DNA of 64,000 nucleotides from Thioploca sp. (GCA_030627125.1 DAOUSR010000001.1:14784-78783), one strand, 5' to 3'. Positions 42,864-55,128 are shown, counted from the stretch's first letter. Numbers and translations are program-made. Notes: generated from the sequence alone by a model not told the origin.

Positions 42864-42967
42864 TATAAAATATTGCAATAAATTAGAATTAGCACCGGGT
42901 TTGGAATATTTCAATCTAGAATTCAATTATTCTCCATGTACATATTGCACATGAAGAATATTTTTTG

Positions 42968-43246
42968 CTATGAAACAGTTTTTTTCTGTTTTTTACTATA
43001 ATCTTCAATAGCTGATTTAACCGCAGATTCAGCCAAAACACTGCAATGAATTTTTACTGGTGGTAAGGCTAACTCTTCAGCGATTTCAGTATTTTTGATT
43101 GCTGCTGCTTCTTCCAATGTTTTACCCTTTACCCATTCAGTGAGTAAGGAGCTAGAAGCTATGGCAGAACCACAACCATAAGTTTTAAATTTTGCATCTT
43201 CAATAATACCGTCAGCTCCAACTTTAATTTGAAGCCGCATTACATC
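42968..43246 (-). CDS. iscU: Fe-S scaffold IscU, exon 2 (Asp39 to stop)
   Basis: DVMRLQIKV..FKTYGCGSAIASSS..LPPVKIHCS. Confidence 0.95.
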   Translation of the reverse strand, partial: DVMRLQIKVGADGIIEDAKFKTYGCGSAIASSSLLTEWVKGKTLEEAAAIKNTEIAEELALPPVKIHCSVLAESAVKSAIEDYSKKQKKTVS

Positions 43247-44261
43247 CGTTCTGTTACTTTATATGACCTAACTTTAAAATTAGGCGAGCCATTATTTCTA
43301 ATGACTTCTACATGTCTCCATGCAGTTCGGACTATGTCTTCATCTTAACAGGAATTCAAGATTTATCTTGATAATCAAACTAAAGTTTGGACTCCAAATA
43401 AAATGTTCTGCGTATTAGTCTCTGAGGGGGCAACCACGCCTTCCCTGCAAATTGTCTCTATTTGTAAAATTTTCACTAAGGTTAACACTATAGCTATTTT
43501 TTAAAATATAACGAATACTGAAATAATTTGTGTTAAACTTTTCAGCAATTTGGTTCAGTGACCAATCATTGAGATATAAATAATAGATTTCACTGTAAAA
43601 TGGTTTTAAATTTTGCTGTTTTAATACGAGATATTTATGATCAAGCCATTTATACTCGAAACATTTAATTGGACAGTCACCCATATAATCAAAAAATGCG
43701 ATCATATCTTTTTTAGGTATTCTTAATCGGTTATTTTTCTGAATAGTACAATTTATTTCAATGCTTTTCATTAATTTTTTTAAATATTCAACTTCATGTT
43801 TAGTAAAAGCATCTGTACATAAAACCAAAATGGCACTATTGCGATTAATCGAACAACAACCATCACCTAAAAACCAATGGAGTAAAAATTCTTTGGATAC
43901 AATTAAATTTTGCGGTACTACTTTCCGACCATTTTTATACCAACGTTCCCTTAATTTTAAAAAAATTGGATGCTGTAAAGTGCGTAACTCAGAACATTCA
44001 TAGATTTTCCCAGTACGTTTATCCGGTTTTCTGGTTCGGATTTTGATTCTATTTTCTTCTATACCTAGCTGGTTTGCAATATATACCACATATTCATGAT
44101 TTTTACTGGTCTGTGATATATAAAACATACCTTCACGAGTAATATAAGCATCACTAATAATGAGTCCATCTAGAATTTGTTTCTGTGTTTGGTTAAACAT
44201 TAGTATCTACAACCTAGCGAGAGTTCCTTGCATATAGCAAAATTACGTGGCAATGTTATTT
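43247..44261 (-). ncRNA. Group I self-splicing intron in iscU
   Basis: Exon 1 ends in U and the intron ends in G; P1 with U-G wobble; P10; P3, P4 and P7 pairings; R (TCAGAGACTA) and S (AAGACATAGTCC) elements; GNRA-capped P9 hairpins. Confidence 0.93.
43415..44200 (-). CDS. Intron-encoded double-motif LAGLIDADG homing endonuclease with a C-terminal HTH-like segment
   Basis: ILDGLIISDAYI and LLHWFLGDGCC motifs; WSLNQIAEKFN. Confidence 0.85.
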   Translation of the reverse strand: MFNQTQKQILDGLIISDAYITREGMFYISQTSKNHEYVVYIANQLGIEENRIKIRTRKPDKRTGKIYECSELRTLQHPIFLKLRERWYKNGRKVVPQNLIVSKEFLLHWFLGDGCCSINRNSAILVLCTDAFTKHEVEYLKKLMKSIEINCTIQKNNRLRIPKKDMIAFFDYMGDCPIKCFEYKWLDHKYLVLKQQNLKPFYSEIYYLYLNDWSLNQIAEKFNTNYFSIRYILKNSYSVNLSENFTNRDNLQGRRGCPLRD

Positions 44262-44375
44262 ACCACAGGCTGGTGCACCAACCATTCCGGTTCCTACTGA
44301 AGAATCCTCTTTATCCAAATTACCAACATTACGTGGTTCATTATAATGATCCAATACTTTCTCTGAGTATGCCAT
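44262..44375 (-). CDS. iscU: Fe-S scaffold IscU, exon 1 (Met1-Gly38)
   Basis: Manual translation: MAYSEKVLDHYNEPRNVGNLDKEDSSVGTGMVGAPACG. Confidence 0.95.
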
Positions 44376-44411
44376 TTTCAGTTCCTAAATTAAGTAAGTT
44401 TAATTATCCAT

Positions 44412-45626
44412 TCAATGAGAATCCCACTGAATACTATTTAAATCGATTCCATCTTTATACATTTCCCACAAAGGAGATAAATTCCGTAATTTGGTGATGT
44501 TAGCACGAATTAACGGAATAGCGTAGTCGATCTCTTCCTCTGTAGTAAAACGTCCCAACGTAAATCGAAGCGAACTATGAGCCAATTCATCATTACGTCC
44601 TATAGCTCGCAATACATAAGAAGGCTCTAAACTAGCTGAAGTACAAGCTGAACCGCTGGAAACTGCTAAATCTTTGAGTGCCATCATTAAAGATTCACCT
44701 TCCACAAAATTAAAACTTAGATTCAAATTACCAGCAATTCGTTGTTCTGCATCTCCATTTAGATAAACTTCCTCCATGTCTTGCAAACCATTTAACAACT
44801 TATCCCGTAATTTTTTTACCCGAGCATTTTCTGTTAACATTTCCTCCTTCGCAATCCGAAAAGCCTCTCCCATTCCTGCGATTTGATGAGTAGGCAAAGT
44901 ACCAGACCTCATGCCACGTTCATGACCACCACCGTGCATTTGAGCTTCTAAACGTACTCTGGGTTTACGTCGTACATATAAAGCTCCTATACCTTTGGGG
45001 CCGTATACCTTATGGGCGGAAAAAGACATTAAATCAACTTGCATTATTGCTAAATCAATCGGCACTTTACCAGCACTTTGGGCCGCATCTACATGAAACA
45101 AAACTTTATGAGAGCGAGTTATTTCACCAATGGCAGCAATATCCGCAATAACACCCATTTCATTATTAACATGCATTATACTAACTAAAATTGTGTCATC
45201 CCGAATAGCAGCTTCCAACTCAGTCAAATCAACCAGTCCATTAGATTGTGGATTTAAATAAGTAATTTCAAAACCTTCTCGTTCCAGTTGCCGACAGGTA
45301 TCCAACACTGCTTTATGCTCTGTCATACTGGTGATTATGTGTTTACCTTTTTTTTGGTAAAAATGAGCTATTCCTTTAATGGCTAAATTATCAGCTTCAG
45401 TAGCCCCAGAAGTCCACGCAATCTCTTTAGAATCAGCATTAATTAAAGCTGCTACATGTTCTCTGGCTTCATCTATTGCCTTTTCAGCATCCCACCCAAA
45501 TTTATGCGATCTTGAAGCTGGATTACCAAAATGACCCTCTGGAGTTAAATATTGCATCATTTTTTCTGCAACCCGAGGATCGACTGGGGTAGTTGCCGAA
45601 TAATCTAGGTAAATAGGTAAATTCAT
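44412..45626 (-). CDS. iscS: Cysteine desulfurase
   Basis: [33 protein letters not shown]. Confidence 0.97.
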   Translation of the reverse strand: MNLPIYLDYSATTPVDPRVAEKMMQYLTPEGHFGNPASRSHKFGWDAEKAIDEAREHVAALINADSKEIAWTSGATEADNLAIKGIAHFYQKKGKHIITSMTEHKAVLDTCRQLEREGFEITYLNPQSNGLVDLTELEAAIRDDTILVSIMHVNNEMGVIADIAAIGEITRSHKVLFHVDAAQSAGKVPIDLAIMQVDLMSFSAHKVYGPKGIGALYVRRKPRVRLEAQMHGGGHERGMRSGTLPTHQIAGMGEAFRIAKEEMLTENARVKKLRDKLLNGLQDMEEVYLNGDAEQRIAGNLNLSFNFVEGESLMMALKDLAVSSGSACTSASLEPSYVLRAIGRNDELAHSSLRFTLGRFTTEEEIDYAIPLIRANITKLRNLSPLWEMYKDGIDLNSIQWDSH

Positions 45627-45679
45627 AACTTTCTCGAATAGTTATATATCCTTTTATCAAAAAAATATGGAATAAATAA

Positions 45680-46087
45680 TTAGATATGATTTTTAATAAT
45701 TTGAGCTAAGGTAATACCACTTAAAAAATCACAAATTTGCTTACTCAAATCAGTCCATAATTGATGAGTTACACAAATTTGAGTATCATGGCAATTTTTT
45801 TCACCATTACATCGAGTTGCATCAATACATTCATCAACTGCTGTAATAATCTGAGCAATGGTAATCTCTGAAGGTTGATGGCTTAGGCTATAACCTCCAT
45901 TTGGGCCACGAGTACTATTAACTAAATCATGTCTACGTAGTTTAGTAAATAATTGTTCCAAATAAGATAAAGAAATACCTTGGCGTTGGGAAATATCAGT
46001 CAATTTAACTGGTTTTTGGTTCTTATTGTTAAGTGCTAAGTCCAACATTGCCATTACAGCATACCGTCCTTTGGTAGATAATTTCAT
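45680..46087 (-). CDS. iscR: Fe-S cluster assembly regulator (Rrf2 family)
   Basis: MKLSTKGRYAV, ISLSYLEQLF, RC...NC....CVTH ligands. Confidence 0.93.
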   Translation of the reverse strand: MKLSTKGRYAVMAMLDLALNNKNQKPVKLTDISQRQGISLSYLEQLFTKLRRHDLVNSTRGPNGGYSLSHQPSEITIAQIITAVDECIDATRCNGEKNCHDTQICVTHQLWTDLSKQICDFLSGITLAQIIKNHI

Positions 46088-46466
46088 GACATTACTCTAA
46101 ATTGTATGTTATAGATGATCTTATATTATGTTCCATACTAAAATTATCAAGTATAATTTGGATTAAAACCCAATAATCTTGCAAATTTAATGATGGAATA
46201 CAAATATTAGATATTTTAATAAAGTGGAAATTTGTTAAGTTTTTGCTGGAATCTAAAACTTAAAATTTTGGTTATTTACTTATTAATTAAACTTTTTCAC
46301 ATACCATTTACTTGTTTCCACAAGTCTTTGGACGTATACTTTAACAAAGTGGTCAATCTAATTAACTGATGTTATGACGATGTATTGGATTCCAAAAAAT
46401 TAAACTGCGACCATATAAAATACTTACCTTTTCAATTATAACATTCCCACAAACATTAATCTAAAA

Positions 46467-48017
46467 ATGCCAATTAACAAAATGAAAATAGCTAAAATTG
46501 AAATTATGGACACAACCCTAAGAGATGGGGAGCAAATGCAAAATGTGTCATACACGCCAGAAGAAAAATTAACTCTTTCCAAAATATTATTGACCGAGGT
46601 TAAAGTTGATCGGTTAGAAGTGACATCAGCTAGAGTCTCTGAAGGTGAAAAACAATCTGTGTTAAAAATGTTGAATTGGGCTAATGAAGCTGATTTAGTT
46701 GATAAATTTGAAATTTTAGGTTTTATAGATAAAAATAAATCGGTCGATTGGGCTAAATCAGTAGGAATAAAACGCATTAATTTACTAACTAAAGGTTCAC
46801 TTAAACATTGCACAGAACAACTAAAGAAAACTCCAGAACAGCATATTAAAGATATTCAAGAAACTATATTTTATGCGGCTGAGAATGGAATTCAAATCAA
46901 TGTTTACTTAGAAGATTTTTCTAATGGTATTAAAACTTCTGCCGATTATGTTTATAACTTGATTGATGCATTATTGGACTTGCCAGTTAAAAGAATCATG
47001 TTGCCAGACACATTGGGAATTTTCAATCCGTTTGAAACCTTTGAATGTATTACTGATATAATTAAACGTTATCCAACAACCCACTTCGACTTCCATTCTC
47101 ATAACGACTATGGTTTAGCAACAGCCAATGCTATAGCTGCCATTAAAGCTGGAATCCAAGGTATTCATGCTACTGTAAATGGTATGGGAGAACGGGCTGG
47201 TAACGGTTCATTAGATGAAATTGTGGTGAGTGCTAAAGATTTTCTAGCTGTTGATTTTAATATTAATGAAAAAAAACTTCACAAAGTTTCTCAATGTGTA
47301 GAGATGTTTTCTGGTCAAAGAATGGCTGTCAATAAACCAATTTATGGTAAAAATGTATTTACTCAAACTGCTGGTATCCATGCTGACGGCGATAAAAAAG
47401 GTAATTTATATGAAAATCAGTTAGTGCCAGCTCGTTTTGATAGAAAAAGAAAATATGCACTAGGCAAACTGTCTGGTAAAGCTAATCTGGAAATGAGTTT
47501 GCAAGAATTATCTATTGAGTTAACTGAGGAAGAAAAAAAGGTTCTACTACGAAAAATTATCGATCTAGGTGATAAAAAAGAGGTTATTACTACTGAAGAC
47601 TTGCCTTATTTGATTAAAGACATTTTTGAAACTACTGAAGATTTACCTTTCAAAGTAATGCATTGTTCAATCAATTCAACTTATGAACTAAAATCGGTAG
47701 CTGCTGTCCAATGTTCTTATAAAGATAAACTAGTGGATGCTTATGCAAATGGTGATGGTGGATATGATGCTTTTATGAACGCCTTACGGGAAATATTAGA
47801 AAAGTTTCACATTAAAGTTCCGCAATTATTGGATTATGAAATAACTATTCCACCCGGTGTTAAAACTAATGCTTTAGTACAAGCAACAATTTCTTGGCAA
47901 ATTGATTCGAATATTATAACCACCATAGGCATCAATCCAGATCAAAATATGGCTGCTATTGAAGCAACTGTTAAGTTAATTAATGCAATAATTTCGCAGA
48001 ATACGGGACATTGTTAA
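46467..48017 (+). CDS. cimA: (R)-citramalate synthase / LeuA-family protein
   Basis: DTTLRDGEQ, HSHNDYG, GERAGN, QTAGIHADGD and a regulatory domain; resembles the Leptospira/Bacteroidetes CimA type. Confidence 0.7.
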   Translation: MPINKMKIAKIEIMDTTLRDGEQMQNVSYTPEEKLTLSKILLTEVKVDRLEVTSARVSEGEKQSVLKMLNWANEADLVDKFEILGFIDKNKSVDWAKSVGIKRINLLTKGSLKHCTEQLKKTPEQHIKDIQETIFYAAENGIQINVYLEDFSNGIKTSADYVYNLIDALLDLPVKRIMLPDTLGIFNPFETFECITDIIKRYPTTHFDFHSHNDYGLATANAIAAIKAGIQGIHATVNGMGERAGNGSLDEIVVSAKDFLAVDFNINEKKLHKVSQCVEMFSGQRMAVNKPIYGKNVFTQTAGIHADGDKKGNLYENQLVPARFDRKRKYALGKLSGKANLEMSLQELSIELTEEEKKVLLRKIIDLGDKKEVITTEDLPYLIKDIFETTEDLPFKVMHCSINSTYELKSVAAVQCSYKDKLVDAYANGDGGYDAFMNALREILEKFHIKVPQLLDYEITIPPGVKTNALVQATISWQIDSNIITTIGINPDQNMAAIEATVKLINAIISQNTGHC

Positions 48018-48067
48018 AAAAGATTATTTTGAATTAACTGGAATGCAAGATTTATCTTACATCGATC

Positions 48068-48088
48068 TCAAACTAAGGTTTGAACTCC
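48068..48088 (+). repeat. Short dispersed repeat also present inside the iscU intron
   Basis: TCAAACTAAGGTTTGAACTCC versus TCAAACTAAAGTTTGGACTCC at 43375-43395 (19/21 identical). Confidence 0.6.
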
Positions 48089-48203
48089 TGATTTATCCTG
48101 CACAAATATCAAATTTATATTCTACATTAGTATTTTGTGCAGAATTACCAAAATCTACAATTAGGTGATAGTTAATTCGCAGAAAGTAGGTAAATCATGA
48201 AAT

Positions 48204-48944
48204 TTATAACCAATAAAATATTGCTCCAGTTTTTTTAGGATTAAAACCTTTTGGCCATTTGGTTAAATCATCATACATAGCTGCTTCCAAATTTGTTCCT
48301 CTTAGATAAGCTCCTGTAAAGTCAGCTCCCCGCAAATCACTTCTTCTTAAATCAGCTCCAGCTAAATTAGCATCAGTTAAATTGGCTTTGCTCAAATCAG
48401 CCCCAATTAGATAAATTCCTTTTAGATTTGCTCTTATCAGATCAGCTTCGATTAAATTAGCACCATCTAAATTAGCTCCTCTTAAATTTACCTCTCTTAA
48501 AAATCCTTGTTTTAGATAAGCATCGGCTAAATAAATATTACTAACTCCCCAATGATTTAACTTCTTAATTAAATTAATTATTTTAAACATCGCTTCACTA
48601 TGTTGCCAACCCAAATAATCTTCTAATTCTTCTTTATATCTCATTATCATTAATTGTTTATGACCTATTCGATGCAGCCAAAACACAAACACTCCGATAA
48701 CCAAGAGGTCAAATATCATTCCATGAGCTTCAACTAAAATATTACCCCAAAATTCCCATAAATTTTCCAGGTAAAAAGGCATAGATAAAGTAGTTACGAT
48801 AGCTAGTACTATAACAAATACCACAAAACCTAACGCCACCGGATGTACAGCAGAAAAATTTCGGATCCATTTATCCCAATGAGTTAAAAATGTGGCTGGA
48901 TTTTCACGGTATCCGACATAAATTTCTGATGGTTTTTCACGCAT
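48204..48944 (-). CDS. Membrane protein with C-terminal pentapeptide repeats
   Basis: Two TM segments; A(N/D)Lxx repeats. Confidence 0.85.
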   Translation of the reverse strand: MREKPSEIYVGYRENPATFLTHWDKWIRNFSAVHPVALGFVVFVIVLAIVTTLSMPFYLENLWEFWGNILVEAHGMIFDLLVIGVFVFWLHRIGHKQLMIMRYKEELEDYLGWQHSEAMFKIINLIKKLNHWGVSNIYLADAYLKQGFLREVNLRGANLDGANLIEADLIRANLKGIYLIGADLSKANLTDANLAGADLRRSDLRGADFTGAYLRGTNLEAAMYDDLTKWPKGFNPKKTGAIFYWL

Positions 48945-48946
48945 AT

Positions 48947-49774
48947 CTATAATAAATCTCCTCGGCGAAATAATATATATCCACTACCAGCACAGACAGT
49001 TCCTAGCAACAATGGATAGACAAAAGACCAAATTAAATAGCCCATGTGACCGAATAAGTCTAAAATCACATAAGCTGTTGGCCCCAGCATTATCAGTTGC
49101 GGGTCAAATAATAACATGGCTCCAGTGCGAAAAGTTTGGAGTGGATTAATTAAAGCTATTAATACTAACGATTCTGGAGTAAATTGTTCTTTTACCATTA
49201 AACCTAATAAAATTAAGTCCAAAAATAACAATAAAAATAACCAGATAAAAAATGCACTCCCTTGAGCTGTATCAATGGAACGAGTTATACTAGAAATAAA
49301 CATGCCGATGCCTAAAAAACACCATGCCAAGGCAATTAATAGCCCGGTGTATAAGAAAAATAATTCCCAAGGTATGCCAACTTCACGCCACAAGGCCCAA
49401 CCAACAGCCGCTACCATTGCTAAAAAAACTGGTAAAAAAATTACGATAAAACGTCCAATAACTTTACCCCAATACCAAGCTGGTAATGATACTGGGAGAG
49501 ATAATAAATATTCAAATACTCCAGCTTCTCTATCGCCAGCTACTGAACGCACAGTACTCATTAAAACGAAGATTGGCAATATGGCCATACATAGTTGAAT
49601 GTAGGTGAGCAGTAAACGGGTTAAGCCAGTAAAACCCATAATTCGTGATTCAGTCAAACCAAACACAAATAGTAATATCATTATACCGCCAAATACTACA
49701 GTATAAAGCAAGAACCAACGAGCTCGTAAGGATTCGGTAATGTCTAATACAACGGTTAACCACAAATGTTTCAT
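48947..49774 (-). CDS. ABC-2 type permease, NosY-like
   Basis: GDREAGVFEYLLSLP, six TM segments, INPLQTFR. Confidence 0.75.
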   Translation of the reverse strand: MKHLWLTVVLDITESLRARWFLLYTVVFGGIMILLFVFGLTESRIMGFTGLTRLLLTYIQLCMAILPIFVLMSTVRSVAGDREAGVFEYLLSLPVSLPAWYWGKVIGRFIVIFLPVFLAMVAAVGWALWREVGIPWELFFLYTGLLIALAWCFLGIGMFISSITRSIDTAQGSAFFIWLFLLLFLDLILLGLMVKEQFTPESLVLIALINPLQTFRTGAMLLFDPQLIMLGPTAYVILDLFGHMGYLIWSFVYPLLLGTVCAGSGYILFRRGDLL

Positions 49775-50510
49775 ATTTTTATGTTTTATAATTATTTTGT
49801 ATATTAATTAAGAGTTAAAATCGGACTAGAAGTGAGATATAGATTATTAACTTATGTTACGCACATTGATGGAGTTTATTTTACCAATATGAATTATTTA
49901 GATTTAAAATTAGCTATTTGATAATTAAGTAGTTTTGAAGTTTATGTCGTCAAATAGATTTTTTACGGATTATGTTCAGCTTTTTTAAAATTTTAACAAT
50001 CATTTTTAAATTCTCCTGCTAATAAGAATATGGTGGTGGACAACATCCAAAGATTGATAGTGAAGGCGAAGCTTTTTATAGATAATCTTAAATAGTAGTT
50101 GATTAATTGATTTTATTGTAATTTTAGAACCTCAACTAGTTGCCGGCTATTCAACTTCTCCTTAGTTTAGCAACGATGAAATAAACAAAATATTTGTTAA
50201 TAAATTAAGGAGAGTGTTGCCATTCTATTTTTTCATCATGTAGAATATACAAATCTGTAACTTTCTATAATGAATTTATCCTAAAAATCCTGATTCAGCT
50301 TAATATAAACTAAAAAATTAATATTATTAAAGTTTTAAATATAAAATCCAGTATAATATCAACTTACAAAAATTTCACATATAAGATATAAATGATATAA
50401 TATATTGTTCAAAAAAGAAAGAAATTAGTATAATTATTAATTAATAACCTTTATAAAAATTATAACAACCATGATTCATATTACTCAAAATATCCTGACG
50501 ATCTATCATA

Positions 50511-51695
50511 ATGTCTAAAAACCAAGAACGTTATACCACAATACGCAACGTAACTTTAGTTGGGGTGGTAGGTAACATCTTAATGGCTATTCTCAAACTA
50601 TGGTTTGGTGTGTATGGTAAATCACAAGCATTAATAGCAGATGGGCTACACTCATTATCTGACTTAATTAGTGATGGAATGGTATTGGTTGCCGCTAAAT
50701 ACGGTACAGCCGTGGCCGATATAGATCATCCTTATGGACATGCTCGCTTTGAAACTCTGGCAACCGTAGCAATTGGCGCTTTATTAATCTTGGTAGCAAT
50801 CGGCATGTTTATAGATGCTAGTCGGCGTTTAATGTCCCCAGATTTATTATTGCATCCTAGCAAAGTTACTATTATTGTTGCTATTTTATCCATCTTAGTC
50901 AAAGAAGCTTTGTATCAATATACTATATATGTAGCTAAAAAAATTCAGTCGCAACTATTAAAGGCTAATGCTTGGCACCATCGGAGTGATGCAATTTCAT
51001 CAGTCATTGTATTAGTAGGTATAACTGGTAGTATTGCCGGAATAGCTTGGTTAGATGCAGTAGCTGCAATAGGGGTAAGTTTTATGATTGCTCATGTTGG
51101 CTGGTCATTAGGCTGGGGTGGAGTTAGTGAATTGGTGGATACTGGGTTAGATAAAAAACAATTAGCTGAACTTAAAACAATTATTAAATCTACTGATGGT
51201 GTTGTTACATTACACGAATTACGTACACGTAAAATGGGTGGAACTAATATTTTAGTAGATGTGCATATCTTAGTTAATTCTAAAATAACCGTTTCTGAAG
51301 GCCATCAAATTGGTGAAATAGTACGTCGTAACCTGATGGCAAAAATAGCCAATATTACCTACGTCTTAGTACATATTGACCCAGAAAACGATGAAGATGT
51401 CCATCATACTAATTTCAGTTTACCTTCTCGGAGCGAAATAACCAAACGTTTACAACAGCGTTGGCAGACAATCGGCATACCAGTTGAACATATTAATTTA
51501 CATTACTTATCTGGCAAGCTTACAGTAGATGTATATTTATCTTTACAAGCACAGAATTTTCCAAATATTCAAGCTTTATCCCAAAGTTTCACTCAATTAA
51601 CCATTAATGAACCAGATATCAAAGAGGTAAATATTTATTATAGTGTGACTCCTCAATTGAATAATTTGCCAGCCCAATTTTTTGGGGAAAATTAA
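50511..51695 (+). CDS. Cation diffusion facilitator transporter
   Basis: ADGLHSLSD, DHPYGHARFE, HHRSDA, SEGH, VHIDP. Confidence 0.92.
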   Translation: MSKNQERYTTIRNVTLVGVVGNILMAILKLWFGVYGKSQALIADGLHSLSDLISDGMVLVAAKYGTAVADIDHPYGHARFETLATVAIGALLILVAIGMFIDASRRLMSPDLLLHPSKVTIIVAILSILVKEALYQYTIYVAKKIQSQLLKANAWHHRSDAISSVIVLVGITGSIAGIAWLDAVAAIGVSFMIAHVGWSLGWGGVSELVDTGLDKKQLAELKTIIKSTDGVVTLHELRTRKMGGTNILVDVHILVNSKITVSEGHQIGEIVRRNLMAKIANITYVLVHIDPENDEDVHHTNFSLPSRSEITKRLQQRWQTIGIPVEHINLHYLSGKLTVDVYLSLQAQNFPNIQALSQSFTQLTINEPDIKEVNIYYSVTPQLNNLPAQFFGEN

Positions 51696-51727
51696 TTGGG
51701 ATATGATGTTACAAACAATTGTATTAC

Positions 51728-51754
51728 GTAGGGGCAATCCCTTGTGGTTGCCCT
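51728..51754 (+). repeat. GTAG-type REP-like palindrome
   Basis: GTAGGGGCAATCCCTTGTGGTTGCCCT; paired T-A to C-G change relative to the 29760 copy. Confidence 0.75.
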
Positions 51755-51876
51755 AAGCATTCGTAACATCAGTTAGGATATGACGTAGAAAGATATTTAA
51801 AGAGACTAGCATTATAATTCAAAATATGGCAAAATATTAATTTGTAATTCCAACTTTCTAAACAAAGGAGTTCTGT

Positions 51877-53286
51877 ATGGCTGGTGAAAATGTAATAGAC
51901 ATGATCAAGGAACACAATGCTAGTTTTGTTGATTTGCGATTTACAGATACTAAGGGTAAGGAGCAACATCTAACTGTACGTTCTAATACTGTTGATGGTG
52001 ATTTTTTTATTGATGGTAAAATGTTTGATGGTTCGTCTATTGCTGGCTGGAAAGGTATTAATGAATCGGACATGATTTTGATGCCAGATGCTGATACAAT
52101 AGTTCTTGACCCGTTTTCTGATGAAACTACCTTGAATTTGCGTTGTGATGTAATTGAGCCAACTACTATGCAAGGTTACGAGCGTGATCCACGTTCATTA
52201 GCAAAACGGGCTATAACTTATCTACAGTCTACAGGCATTGCTGATACTGCTTATTTTGGCCCAGAAAATGAATTTTTTATTTTTGATGATGTACGTTGGG
52301 GTTCGGATATTAGAGGCTCTTTCTGCAAAGTAGACTCAGAAGAAGCTGGTTGGAATTCAGAGAAATTATATAAAGATGGTAACTTAGGCCATCGTCCTTC
52401 ACTTAAAGGTGGTTATTTCCCTGTTCCACCAGTTGATTCCCAGCATGATATTCGTTCTTCAATGTGCTTGTCTTTAGAAGAAATGGGCATTCCAGTAGAA
52501 GTCCACCATCATGAAGTTGCTACTGCTGGACAAGGTGAAATTGGAGTAGCTTTCAATACCTTAGTTAAAAAAGCGGATGAAGTCCAAATCCTCAAGTATG
52601 TAGTGATGAACATTGCTTATAGTTATGGCAAAACCGCTACTTTTATGCCTAAACCTTTGGTAGGCGATAATGGTAATGGTATGCACGTCCATCAATCTCT
52701 ATCTAAAGATGGCAATAATATATTTGCTGGTGATAAGTACGGTAACTTGTCTGATGCTGCCTTGTATTATATCGGTGGCATTATCAAACACGCTCGTGCT
52801 ATAAATGCTTTCACTAATGCCAGCACTAATAGTTATAAACGTTTGGTTCCCGGATTTGAAGCTCCAACTTTGTTAGCTTATTCAGCTCGTAATCGTTCTG
52901 CTGCAATACGAATTCCTTTTGTGCCAAATCCTAAAGCTCGGCGGATTGAAGTACGGTTCCCAGATTCTACTGGTAATCCTTACTTTGCTTTTAGTGCTAT
53001 GTTAATGGCTGGTTTGGATGGAATTATCAATAAAATTCATCCTGGTGAAGCTATGGATAAAGATTTATATGATTTGCCACCAGAAGAAGAAAAGAATATT
53101 CCAACTGTTTGTTTATCCTTAGAACAAGCTTTGGAATCTTTAAAAAATGATAATGAGTTTTTATTGCAAGGTGGTGTATTCACGAAAGATGTAATTGATG
53201 CTTATATCGAACTAAAAATGGAAGAAGTCACTCGCTTACGTATGACTACTCATCCAATTGAGTTTGATATGTATTATAGTTTGTAA
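51877..53286 (+). CDS. glnA: Glutamine synthetase type I
   Basis: [36 protein letters not shown]. Confidence 0.97.
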   Translation: MAGENVIDMIKEHNASFVDLRFTDTKGKEQHLTVRSNTVDGDFFIDGKMFDGSSIAGWKGINESDMILMPDADTIVLDPFSDETTLNLRCDVIEPTTMQGYERDPRSLAKRAITYLQSTGIADTAYFGPENEFFIFDDVRWGSDIRGSFCKVDSEEAGWNSEKLYKDGNLGHRPSLKGGYFPVPPVDSQHDIRSSMCLSLEEMGIPVEVHHHEVATAGQGEIGVAFNTLVKKADEVQILKYVVMNIAYSYGKTATFMPKPLVGDNGNGMHVHQSLSKDGNNIFAGDKYGNLSDAALYYIGGIIKHARAINAFTNASTNSYKRLVPGFEAPTLLAYSARNRSAAIRIPFVPNPKARRIEVRFPDSTGNPYFAFSAMLMAGLDGIINKIHPGEAMDKDLYDLPPEEEKNIPTVCLSLEQALESLKNDNEFLLQGGVFTKDVIDAYIELKMEEVTRLRMTTHPIEFDMYYSL

Positions 53287-53450
53287 TTATTAAATTAAGT
53301 AGGTTTGGTTAAAAAAATTCATCATGTATTTGATTACATTATGTCTAACTAGACTTGCTTGATTGACTGAATAATTATTAGTTGGAAGACTGAATGTTAA
53401 ATAAATCAAATAACGAGTTAATTTTCCCATAAAATATCAATACAAATTGA

Positions 53451-55121
<1,671 letters not shown>

Positions 55122-55128
55122 CTATTCT

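Noticed and set aside
42968-44375. Intein, group II intron or IS explanation for the iscU insert
   Set aside because: An in-frame stop follows exon 1, which rules out an intein. There are no GUGYG/AY ends or RT, and no TIRs or TSD. Group I core motifs are present instead.
44228-44497. 89-aa plus-strand ORF
   Set aside because: Antisense to iscU exon 1 and the end of iscS; no recognisable motifs.
49775-50510. Possible gene remnant (EYGGGQHPKIDSEGEAFYR) in a long intergenic region
   Set aside because: Too short, interrupted by stops and not assignable to a family.
51780-51876. Sigma54 promoter or NtrC sites for glnA
   Set aside because: TGGCA is present but there is no correctly spaced TTGC, and no NtrC palindrome.
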